DNA of 11,823 nt from Candidatus Zixiibacteriota bacterium (GCA_041742355.1 JBGSIV010000134.1:1-11823), one strand, 5' to 3'; shown: positions 1 through 7,716, counted from the stretch's first letter. The notes: generated by a model not told the origin, from the letters alone. A program made the numbers and translations.

Positions 1-300
1 GCCGTAGGGGATGGCGGCGACTTCGCGCAGAACCTGAGCCTGAAAGGGGTTGGCTTTGAGATCAAGCGGCAAATCAAACGCTCTCAGGTTCCCGCACAGG
101 TACGCGGAGATCTGTTCTTCGGCGCGGGCGTTGATCGGGCCGCCATCGACGATCTCCGCTCCGGCAAAGCGGCGCAGCACGTATTCGCGGAAGGCATCTT
201 CGGTGCGGCCGGGCAGGTCGATCATGGCGAGGGCGGTGTCGGTCGCGGCTGTTCGAATGATTCCGAACGGCGTCTCAAAAGAGTGTACGTAGATTCGCAT
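1..300 (-). CDS. ogt: Methylated-DNA--protein-cysteine S-methyltransferase (Ogt/AGT family), N-terminal 100 aa; runs off the left edge
   Basis: Not in the ORF track. Manual translation from ATG at 300 gives MRIYVHSFETPFGIIRTAATDTALAMIDLPG...EEQISAYLCGNLRAFDLPLDLKANPFQAQVLREVAAIPYG. The ETPFG, 'Q(I)xxYxxG...FDLPL' and 'PFQxxVxxxxxxIPYG' segments are typical of AGTs. SD GGAGGAGG at 315-308; the ATG overlaps the HAD stop (TAATG). The PCHR active site lies outside the window. Confidence 0.9.
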   Translation of the reverse strand, partial: MRIYVHSFETPFGIIRTAATDTALAMIDLPGRTEDAFREYVLRRFAGAEIVDGGPINARAEEQISAYLCGNLRAFDLPLDLKANPFQAQVLREVAAIPYG

Positions 301-968
301 TAGCGATCCTCCTCCATTCGTGTGTTGAGCTCATCCAGGATTTCCGGTACTCCCAGGATAGACTCTACGAAGAAGTCGGGGCAGGAGGAAATCACTTTTT
401 CGCGGGGTTCGAACGGGGAGGCGACGACGATGACGGGCATAGGGATAGCTTTGGCCGCGAAGACGTCGTTGATGGTGTCGCCGATGACTATCGCGTGTTC
501 CGGTGCGGCCTCGAGACGTTGCAGAACGAGGCGGAACTGCTCCGGGTCAGGTTTGACGCGGCTGACTTCGTTGCCGCCGGCGTAGGTGTCGAACAGGTGC
601 CGCCATCCGAGCTTGTCGAGAATGCCTTCGATATTGGGGAGGATCTTGGTGGTGGCGATGGCAGTACGGAAGCCTCTGGCGCGGATCTGTTCAACAGCCT
701 CCCGTGCTCCAGGGAGGGGTTCAGTGGAGGCGACAATCATGTTGCTGCCGGCTTCCCGGAAGTACTGCCGCAGGAGCGTTGGCGGGCAGTCGGTGAAGTG
801 GGCGAAGGCGACTTCGAGGGGATAGCCGATGAAGGGTTTGATCAGTTCCGGTGGAGGCAACGGGAGACCGGCTTTGTGAAAGGCGTGGTGGAACGCGGCC
901 ACGACGCCTTCGGAGGAGTCGATCAGGGTGCCGTCGAGGTCGAATATGACATTGCGGATCCGCATCAC
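300..968 (-). CDS. HAD-superfamily hydrolase, subfamily IA (phosphoglycolate phosphatase Gph/PpaX-like)
   Basis: Motif I VIFDLDGTLIDS, motif II ATTK, motif III KPDP, motif IV IGDTINDV. The start is GTG at 968 (GGAG at 980-977, 8 nt spacing) or ATG at 965; both overlap the upstream TGA. Confidence 0.92.
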   Translation of the reverse strand: MMRIRNVIFDLDGTLIDSSEGVVAAFHHAFHKAGLPLPPPELIKPFIGYPLEVAFAHFTDCPPTLLRQYFREAGSNMIVASTEPLPGAREAVEQIRARGFRTAIATTKILPNIEGILDKLGWRHLFDTYAGGNEVSRVKPDPEQFRLVLQRLEAAPEHAIVIGDTINDVFAAKAIPMPVIVVASPFEPREKVISSCPDFFVESILGVPEILDELNTRMEEDR

Positions 969-1756
969 AGGAGTTTCTCCATCTTGCCGATCAGATCAGT
1001 AATCGGAACTTCGTACACATCCCGGACCTGCCCGAGTTCCGGATAGGCAATAAGGAGGGAGTACCCGCCGGCAGTGGCCAGGGGCCAGTCGCCGTTAACG
1101 AGCCGGCTCGTGGCGGAGGATTGCAGTTGCGGGACGCCGTTGGCGGTGACCACGCCGCCGATTATTTCGATATCCTCACCGGGGAGTCCGATGACGATGC
1201 CGGAGAGTTCGGTGCTGTCGAAGCGAAATCGGACGATGTCGAAACGGTCGGGCAGGGAGTGGAAAATCGGTTTGTCGACAAAGTACGTATTGACCATGTA
1301 GCTTAGCCGGCTGGCTTTCACGAGGTCGCCGCTCTTGAAGAGAGGAGCGAGATTGTTGCTTTCGAGGACAAAGACATCCGGGGCGTTCTGCCAGGCAAAA
1401 TTCACGGGGGCGAGTGGCCAGAGGAGCTGGTAGGCGACGGCGACGGCGCCGTAGATCCGGGCTTTGCGGGGGGATTGGGGATGTTTGATCTGGCGGCCGC
1501 GGACGGTTCGGAAGAGGTCGCCGAACGAGACGAGGTAGAAGGCGAGAGGGAGGCCCCAGACAATCAGCTGGGCGTAAACCGGGAGGGCGATGAACAGGGA
1601 GAGGACAAACAGGGCGCCGGCCATGAGCATGACGAGGAAAATGAACACGCCGAAGAGGTACTCGCGCCAAAACATGTGGCCGAGTCCGGGCAGGAGCAGA
1701 TGCAGCAGCATGGCTGCAAGCGGTGAGTTTCGGAACTTTGCGCGGTTGGCATTCAT
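965..1756 (-). CDS. Membrane protein with a C-terminal signal peptidase I (S26)-like domain, apparently catalytically inactive
   Basis: N-terminal hydrophobic segments include SPLAAMLLHLLLPGLGHMFW. The C-terminal half aligns by eye with SPase I boxes: VFVLESNNLAPLFKSGDLVKASRLSY (box B), PDRFDIVRF (box C), LSGIVIGLPGEDIEIIGGVVTANG (box D) and VPITDLIGK (end of box E). Confidence 0.8.
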   Translation of the reverse strand: MNANRAKFRNSPLAAMLLHLLLPGLGHMFWREYLFGVFIFLVMLMAGALFVLSLFIALPVYAQLIVWGLPLAFYLVSFGDLFRTVRGRQIKHPQSPRKARIYGAVAVAYQLLWPLAPVNFAWQNAPDVFVLESNNLAPLFKSGDLVKASRLSYMVNTYFVDKPIFHSLPDRFDIVRFRFDSTELSGIVIGLPGEDIEIIGGVVTANGVPQLQSSATSRLVNGDWPLATAGGYSLLIAYPELGQVRDVYEVPITDLIGKMEKLL

Positions 1757-2036
1757 TCTACTGTGCAGAAAGGCTACAAAGTGAGCAGGACCAAAACGCC
1801 CTGAGCAGTTCTACTGCATTGGTGGTAAACGGTTTATAGGATTCCCGGCCGGTCATGGGATGATTGGGGATTTTTTCGCGCCGGCTCACCATAGCCGTAT
1901 AAACGTGCTAAGCGTCGCATAGGCAAGAAGTTATTTCTGCGCCGTGAACATTTGCGCAGAAAGTGTGCAACTGATCGGATCGGCTAAGCGTAGAATCGAC
2001 ATGCAGATACAGCCCGCTTCCAAGATTCCCGCAAAC

Positions 2037-2064
2037 TTGACAAGCCGGCGATTTACAATAGATT
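2037..2064 (+). promoter_or_regulatory. Putative sigma-70 promoter of the S41 protease gene
   Basis: TTGACA (2037-2042), 16 nt, TAGATT (2059-2064); SD GGAGG at 2089-2093 before ATG 2098. Confidence 0.5.
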
Positions 2065-2097
2065 GTACTCGTCACAATCAATGAGTCTGGAGGCCCT

Positions 2098-3924
2098 ATG
2101 GTTCGCTTCACAGTCCAATTGCTCGGCATAACCGTCTTTGCATTGGCCCTCATATGGTTCGTCGGATCGGGTGAAGCGACCCAGACGACGAATCCGAAAG
2201 AGCCGGTGCTCTGGGCCGACACTTTCCACATTAACCTCGAAAATCAGACGGAGGATCAGGCAGCGGAAAGTCGCCAGCGCGACCGCGACAGCTTCCTGAT
2301 GGACGTCAAGCGCCTGACCCATACGGCGCTGAACATCCGCAATCAATACATGGAAGATGTTGATACCGATGAGATCATCAAGGCCGGTATCAACGGCATG
2401 CTCTCGGACCTCGACCGCTTCAGCGTCCTGATGGAGAAGAGCTCCTACGACGCGCTGATGGAATCGACCCACGGCAAGTACGAGGGGCTGGGCATGCAGA
2501 TCGACGAGCGCGACGGGCGCATCGTCATCATTTCCCCGATCGAGGGTACTCCGGCGTACGACAAGGGACTCCATGCCGGGGACATCATTTGGGAGATCGA
2601 CGGCAAGTCGACCGAGGGGATGACCTCGGCGGATGCCTCGAAGATGATGCGCGGCAAAGCGGGCACTTCGATCTCGCTGGCGATCAAGCGGGCGGGTCTC
2701 GAGGAACCGATAGAGTTTGTGCTGGAGCGCGCGCTGATCGAATTGAAGTCGGTCAACTACTCGGGGATCATTCCCGGCACGACGGTCGGTTATGTCCGGT
2801 TGTCGCGGTTTGCCGAGGAAACCTCGCACGAATTGCGCGAAGCGATCACCGACCTGATGGATCAGGGGATCACCTCGCTGGTGTTCGATCTGCGTTCCAA
2901 CAGCGGCGGTCTGCTGGACCAGGCCAAGGAGACGGCGGAGCTGTTCCTGGAAGAGGGCCGGGAGATCGTCTACACGCGGGGACGGTTCGAGTCGAGCGAG
3001 CGGCATTACCGTTCGGAACGCCCGCCGCTGTTCCCGCCGGACAAGCCGCTGGTGGTCCTGGTCGACGAAGGCACCGCGTCCGCCTCGGAGATCGTCGCCG
3101 GCGCCGTGCAGGACTGGGATCGCGGGCTGATTGTCGGCTCCACAACGTACGGCAAGGGGCTCGTGCAGCAAATATTCCCGATTTCGTCGGACGGCAGCAT
3201 GGCGCTGAAGCTGACGACGGCCAAGTACTACGTGCCCTCGGGCCGGTGCATCCAGAAGCCGGAGACGCAGGCCAAGAATGCCCCGCACGCGATGGTCGAT
3301 GAAGAAGATGTGGAAGCGACACCGGAGGCGGAAGCCGACACGATGGCGGTTTCTCCGGAGGAGATTTTCTATACGAACGGCGGCCGGACGGTGTACGGCG
3401 GCGGCGGGATTGTCCCGGATATCGAAATCGAGCGGGAGACCTGGCAGCCGATTGAAATCAACCTGTTCCGCTCGGGCCTGTTCTTCAACTACGCGGTGCA
3501 GTACGTGGCCGACAATCCGGGCGCCCCGGCGGATCTCGAAGTGACCGATGCGATGGTCGAGGAGTTCCGGAAGTACATTAAGAAGGAAAAATTCGACTAC
3601 ACGTCGTCGCTGGAAGCCTCGCTTGACAAGCTGGTCGAGACGGCCAAGCGGGAAGAGAAGCTGGATCTGTTCCAGCCGGTGATCGACAGCCTCCAGGCGC
3701 TGATCGATGTCGAGAAGGGCAAGGACTTCGATCGGTCGAAGGATTACATCCGCCGGACGATCAAGCGCGAGATCGTGAGCGCGATCGCAGGCCAGAAGGG
3801 TGTCTACGAGGAGATCGTGCTGAAGACCGACGACGCGGTGCAGCGCGCGGTGGAGATCCTCAAGGGCGGGCAGTACTCCAAGCTGATCACGGAGGGTCAG
3901 AAGAAGGCCCAGCTGACCGAGTAA
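2098..3924 (+). CDS. ctpA: Carboxyl-terminal processing protease, S41A family, with PDZ domain (CtpA-like)
   Basis: N-terminal TM/signal segment; GMLSDLDRFS; PDZ (YEGLGMQI...ISPIEGTPA...GLHAGDII); DLRSNSGG; catalytic Ser in GTASASEIVAGAVQD and catalytic Lys in TYGKGLVQ; LTTAKYYVPSGRCIQ; GGGGIVPD. Confidence 0.95.
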   Translation: MVRFTVQLLGITVFALALIWFVGSGEATQTTNPKEPVLWADTFHINLENQTEDQAAESRQRDRDSFLMDVKRLTHTALNIRNQYMEDVDTDEIIKAGINGMLSDLDRFSVLMEKSSYDALMESTHGKYEGLGMQIDERDGRIVIISPIEGTPAYDKGLHAGDIIWEIDGKSTEGMTSADASKMMRGKAGTSISLAIKRAGLEEPIEFVLERALIELKSVNYSGIIPGTTVGYVRLSRFAEETSHELREAITDLMDQGITSLVFDLRSNSGGLLDQAKETAELFLEEGREIVYTRGRFESSERHYRSERPPLFPPDKPLVVLVDEGTASASEIVAGAVQDWDRGLIVGSTTYGKGLVQQIFPISSDGSMALKLTTAKYYVPSGRCIQKPETQAKNAPHAMVDEEDVEATPEAEADTMAVSPEEIFYTNGGRTVYGGGGIVPDIEIERETWQPIEINLFRSGLFFNYAVQYVADNPGAPADLEVTDAMVEEFRKYIKKEKFDYTSSLEASLDKLVETAKREEKLDLFQPVIDSLQALIDVEKGKDFDRSKDYIRRTIKREIVSAIAGQKGVYEEIVLKTDDAVQRAVEILKGGQYSKLITEGQKKAQLTE

Positions 3925-3953
3925 ACGAACCTTTCGGGCATCCATAGACTCCG

Positions 3954-3984
3954 AACCGGCGCCCTGGTGGCGCCGGTTTTTTTT
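3954..3984 (+). terminator. Rho-independent terminator after ctpA
   Basis: Stem AACCGGCGCC (3954-3963), loop CTGGT, stem GGCGCCGGTT (3969-3978), then a T run to 3984. Confidence 0.9.
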
Positions 3985-4089
3985 GTGGCGTCGGCGAGGC
4001 GGCGACTTTACAAACGCACGGTGCAACCGTTTATTAGTCCCTGCGTATTGAGATGAAACAAGACCAGGAATTCCAGTCAGGAGTTATTC

Positions 4090-5190
4090 ATGGATCCTCG
4101 CACGCAAAAACTTGCCCAGGTGCTCGTTCATTACTCCCTGAAGCTCAAAAAGGGAGATATTTTCCGGATTCAGGGAGAGTACGCGACCCTGCCGCTGATG
4201 ACGGCGGTGTACGCAGAAGCGCTGAAGGTCGGGGCCTGCCCGTTCACGCGCGTCCTGATTCCCGATCATGAAGAGCTGTTTCTCAAGAACGCCACCGATG
4301 AGCAGTTCAAATTCATCGCTCCCGGCATGAAGGCGGATGTCGACAAGATGGATGTCTTCCTGCATATCTGGGGGAACCAGAACACGCGCAACCTCTCCGG
4401 GGTGAACCCGAAGCGTCAGGCGCTGTACCGCAAGTTCCAGCGGTCGATTTCGAACAAGATGTTCAAGCGGATGGAGACCAAGTCGCTGCGGTGGTGCGGG
4501 ACGCTGTTCCCGACGCAGGCGCAGGCCCAGGAAGCGGACATGTCGCTGTCGGACTGGGAGGACTTCGTGTACGCCGCGGGGCACATCACGCAGGCGGACC
4601 CGATGAAGCACTGGATGAAAGTGCGCAAGGAACAGGATCGCCTCGTGAAGATCCTCAACAAGTTTGACCGGCTGCACGTGCGGTCGAAAGACACCGATCT
4701 GAAGATGCGGGTGAAGGGGCGCAAGTGGGTCAACTGCGCCGGCGAGGAGAATTTCCCCGACGGCGAGGTGTTCACCAGCCCGATCGAGGATTCGGTTGAA
4801 GGCGTGATCCGGTTTTCCTATCCCGCGATTTACCTCGGCCGGGAGGTGGAGGATGTCCGCCTGGAGTTGAAGAAGGGGAAGGTGGTCAAGGAAACGGCGG
4901 AGAAGAACCAGGGCTATCTGACCGACATGCTCAACATGGACAAGGGAGCGCGCTTTGTCGGCGAGTTCGCGGTCGGCACCAACTACGACATCAAGCGCTT
5001 CTCCAAGGACATCCTGTTCGACGAGAAGATCGGCGGGACGGTGCACATGGCGGTCGGACGCGGGTTTGCCGAGTCCGGCGGCAAGAATATCAGCAGCCTC
5101 CACTGGGACATGATCTGCGACATGAAGAAGGATGCCGAGATCGTGGCCGACGGGAAGGTGATTTACCGCAACGGCAAGTTCACCATCTGA
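4090..5190 (+). CDS. Aminopeptidase, M29 family (AmpS/PepS/aminopeptidase T-like)
   Basis: MDPRTQKLAQVLVHYSL N-terminus; metal-binding motifs NFPDGEVFT, GEFAVGTN, LFDEKIGGTVHMAVG and SSLHWDMI; SD AGGAG at 4079-4083; no signal peptide. Confidence 0.95.
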   Translation: MDPRTQKLAQVLVHYSLKLKKGDIFRIQGEYATLPLMTAVYAEALKVGACPFTRVLIPDHEELFLKNATDEQFKFIAPGMKADVDKMDVFLHIWGNQNTRNLSGVNPKRQALYRKFQRSISNKMFKRMETKSLRWCGTLFPTQAQAQEADMSLSDWEDFVYAAGHITQADPMKHWMKVRKEQDRLVKILNKFDRLHVRSKDTDLKMRVKGRKWVNCAGEENFPDGEVFTSPIEDSVEGVIRFSYPAIYLGREVEDVRLELKKGKVVKETAEKNQGYLTDMLNMDKGARFVGEFAVGTNYDIKRFSKDILFDEKIGGTVHMAVGRGFAESGGKNISSLHWDMICDMKKDAEIVADGKVIYRNGKFTI

Positions 5191-5217
5191 CGCAGTCGGC
5201 AGGCTCAGGATGAAATG

Positions 5218-5250
5218 AGGCCGGTGTCCGAGAGGACACCGGCCTTTTCT
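5218..5250 (+). terminator. Rho-independent terminator between the convergent aminopeptidase and S8 genes
   Basis: Perfect 12-bp stem AGGCCGGTGTCC (5218-5229), GAGA tetraloop, GGACACCGGCCT (5234-5245), then TTTCT. It may also serve the minus strand, where the U tract is weaker. Confidence 0.85.
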
Positions 5251-5269
5251 ATACGGCTATTCGAAGAGT

Positions 5270-7651
5270 CTAAGGATTGGCCGGGGCCGGGCCGGCCTTG
5301 AAGAGGTAATTAACCAGGAAGGTGATGTCCGAAATGTTGATGCCGAAGTCGCGATTGGCATCGCCCGCCTGCAATGTCACCGGATCGGGGCCGCCCTTGT
5401 AGAAATACTCGATGAGGTAGGTCAGGTCGTTGACGGCCACTTTCAGGTCGTGATTGGCGTCGCCGCGAGGGGTGGTGATCAGCGCGGCAGACCCGGGATG
5501 GACGGCCGGCGCGTAGGTCAGGTAGCTCGCGATGAAGGTAATGGGATTGCCGGCGTTGATGCTGTCGACCTCGGTCGATTGTCCCCCGAAGGCGTATTCA
5601 TCGGTGGTGAAGTAGGCCTTGAGGATTTCGCCCGATCCGGGTTCCAGGGGCGGGGCGCCGCCGCCGTTATTAGCCGTGAGCGAGAAGACGAAGCGCCGGT
5701 TCACGGGATCGCTGACGGTTTCGCTGAGGCGTTCGAAGTAAGCGGTACGTTCACCCAGGCGCACCGAATCGAGCGTCAGCCAATCGGCGGAGTCGAAGGT
5801 CAGCGGGACAATCAGCCGGTTGAGGGGCTGGCTGGTGGTCGCCCTGATCGACACGACGAGCGGGTCGCCGGCGAAGGTCGAGTCCGTGCCGTACCAGGTC
5901 GTGTCACCGAGCAGGACGATGAAATTCTGACGCTGCGCGGTCAACGCGCCGTACAGGGGGGTCTCGACGGTCAGGGAGACGGTGTAGGCGCCGGGGTTTT
6001 CGTACACGTGGGAGGGGTTCTGAACCATGGCCGAGTCGCCGTCGCCGAAATGCCACTTCCACGATGTCGGGTTCAATCCGGAGCCGCCGGTGAACTGGAT
6101 GGTCTTCGGCGCCTGGCCGACGGTTTCGTCGGCGGCCATGACGACACCCCAGCCAAGGGCATCGTCGGCGTCGATCAGGCCCCAGCCGTAGTTGTTGCCG
6201 GGTGCGCCGGCGCGGTCGGCGGTTTCCATGAGGGACTGCCGAATCATCTGGGGGGTGAACTCGGGGTGGGCCTGCACGAGGAGGACGGCAACGCCGGCCA
6301 CGAGGGGGGTGGACAGTGAGGTCCCGCTGGCGGAGCCATAGCCAATATCGGAGGAGTTGACGCCGGCGGCAGTGCTGACGCCCCGGGCAACAACTTCAGG
6401 TTTGATGCGTCCGTCGTATGTCGGGCCGCGAGAGGAGAAACTGGCGATGACGTTGTTGAGGTCGACGGCGCCAACGGAGACAATGTCGTGGGCGTCGGCC
6501 GGCGCCGAAAGGGTCCCAGCACCGGGACCGGCGTTGCCCATGGAGTTGCAAACGACAATGCCGAGGCCGGCCGCGGTGTTGGCCGCGACGGTGGTAACGG
6601 CCGTCTGGCCATCCATGTTGGCGTACGTATACCAGTCGGCGTAGCCGAGGGAGGAGGTGATGACATCGGCGCCGTGGTTGTCGGCCCACTCAAGGGCGGC
6701 GACCCAGTTGTCCTCTTCGACCTGGGTCTCGTCGCGGACGTCCTCGGTTTTGGCAAGCAGGATGTTGGCTTTGTACGCGGGACCGATGATTCGGCCGGGC
6801 ATGTAGCCGGCACTGACCGACCAGATCATCGTGCCGTGCGATGTGGACGAAGACCAGTCTATGCCGGCTTCGTAGTCCGTGTTGCCGTCGTTGAAAACGA
6901 AATCCCACTCGGCCAGCACGCGGCCCTCGGCGTAGGCGTTGGCGAAGGCTTCATGCGTTTTGCGGTAACCGGTGTCGAAGATGGCGAGGGTGATGCCCGC
7001 GCCGTTGAAGCCCTTGTCGTGGACGGCCGGAACGTTGATCTGGTTGATCTGGTCGGTGGCGTAGCCGTAGTTCAGGGCGTCGGGGGCCAGGGCCTGGGGA
7101 GCGGGGGTATCGAAACGGACACCGGAGATCTCGGGCAGGTCGCGGCGAAACATGGCCACCGGGCGGATCTCGGCGACGAAGGGGAGGGACGCGATGTCGT
7201 CGAGCAGCTCGGGGGCGATATCGAAGCTGGCGGCGTTGAGCCAGCGGGAGGTGCGCCGGTGGGTGGCGCCGGCCGCGGTTATGTCGCCAATGTAGTCGGC
7301 GACTACCGGGAGGTCGACGAACAGGATGCGGTCGCGATCCATTTTGGCGCGCCGTTGCCGGACGCGGTCGGGGAGTTCGGTCGCGGCTGCCTGCGAGGAG
7401 AACTCACCGGCGGAGCGGACGCCCTTGTCGGTGAAGAGCACCCAGACGCGGACCGGGGCATCCCCACGTTTGGCCAGGAAGGACTGTGCCTCAGGGGAAA
7501 TGACCGAGGGAGCCTTGGCGCGGACGACCGGCTGATCCGTCAGCAGAGTCGAAGCGCTTTCGAGGGCGACGGTCGATTCGGCCCCGAGAAGGAGGACGGC
7601 GGTTACAAGAGAAGTGAGGAGGGGGCAAAAGTGAAGCCTGCGGTGCGACAT
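5270..7651 (-). CDS. Secreted S8 (subtilisin-like) serine peptidase with propeptide, PKD, cohesin-like and C-terminal dockerin-like domains (about 793 aa)
   Basis: Start re-called at ATG 7651 (MSHRRLHF..., followed by the hydrophobic signal peptide LLTSLVTAVLLLGAESTVA, with upstream AAGGA). Triad Asp IFDTG (6976-6974), His SHGT (6838-6836), Ser GTSLSTP (6319-6317); oxyanion Asn in SMGN. PKD motif SWKWHFGDG...NPSHVYENPGAYTVSLTV; two GDAN-x-D EF-hand-like repeats at the C-terminus. Confidence 0.93.
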   Translation of the reverse strand: MSHRRLHFCPLLTSLVTAVLLLGAESTVALESASTLLTDQPVVRAKAPSVISPEAQSFLAKRGDAPVRVWVLFTDKGVRSAGEFSSQAAATELPDRVRQRRAKMDRDRILFVDLPVVADYIGDITAAGATHRRTSRWLNAASFDIAPELLDDIASLPFVAEIRPVAMFRRDLPEISGVRFDTPAPQALAPDALNYGYATDQINQINVPAVHDKGFNGAGITLAIFDTGYRKTHEAFANAYAEGRVLAEWDFVFNDGNTDYEAGIDWSSSTSHGTMIWSVSAGYMPGRIIGPAYKANILLAKTEDVRDETQVEEDNWVAALEWADNHGADVITSSLGYADWYTYANMDGQTAVTTVAANTAAGLGIVVCNSMGNAGPGAGTLSAPADAHDIVSVGAVDLNNVIASFSSRGPTYDGRIKPEVVARGVSTAAGVNSSDIGYGSASGTSLSTPLVAGVAVLLVQAHPEFTPQMIRQSLMETADRAGAPGNNYGWGLIDADDALGWGVVMAADETVGQAPKTIQFTGGSGLNPTSWKWHFGDGDSAMVQNPSHVYENPGAYTVSLTVETPLYGALTAQRQNFIVLLGDTTWYGTDSTFAGDPLVVSIRATTSQPLNRLIVPLTFDSADWLTLDSVRLGERTAYFERLSETVSDPVNRRFVFSLTANNGGGAPPLEPGSGEILKAYFTTDEYAFGGQSTEVDSINAGNPITFIASYLTYAPAVHPGSAALITTPRGDANHDLKVAVNDLTYLIEYFYKGGPDPVTLQAGDANRDFGINISDITFLVNYLFKAGPAPANP

Positions 7652-7716
7652 CTCCTGATTTCCTTTCTTCGCGAATTCTGCGAGAAGTATTCGTAGGTCG
7701 AAAGCCAGCTCTACAT

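Noticed and set aside
50..292. 80-aa plus-strand ORF, and the short ORFs at 11266-11484 and 11578-11793
   Set aside because: They overlap the ogt and AMIN genes, which the track missed because those genes run off the window edges.
2053..4026. 657-aa minus-strand ORF, and similar long antisense ORFs at 4084-5103, 5450-6319, 6488-7696 and 8757-10226
   Set aside because: They lie antisense to well-supported genes, have no recognisable motifs, and are the expected shadow of GC-rich codon usage.
4007..4037. Possible sigma-70 promoter for the aminopeptidase (TTTACA ... TTTATT/TATTAG)
   Set aside because: The position is plausible, but the -10 match at 16-18 nt spacing is too weak to call.
7628..7651. 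Possible Tat signal (MSHRRLHF) on the S8 protease
   Set aside because: It has RR but a poor match to S/T-R-R-x-F-L-K; Sec export is more parsimonious.
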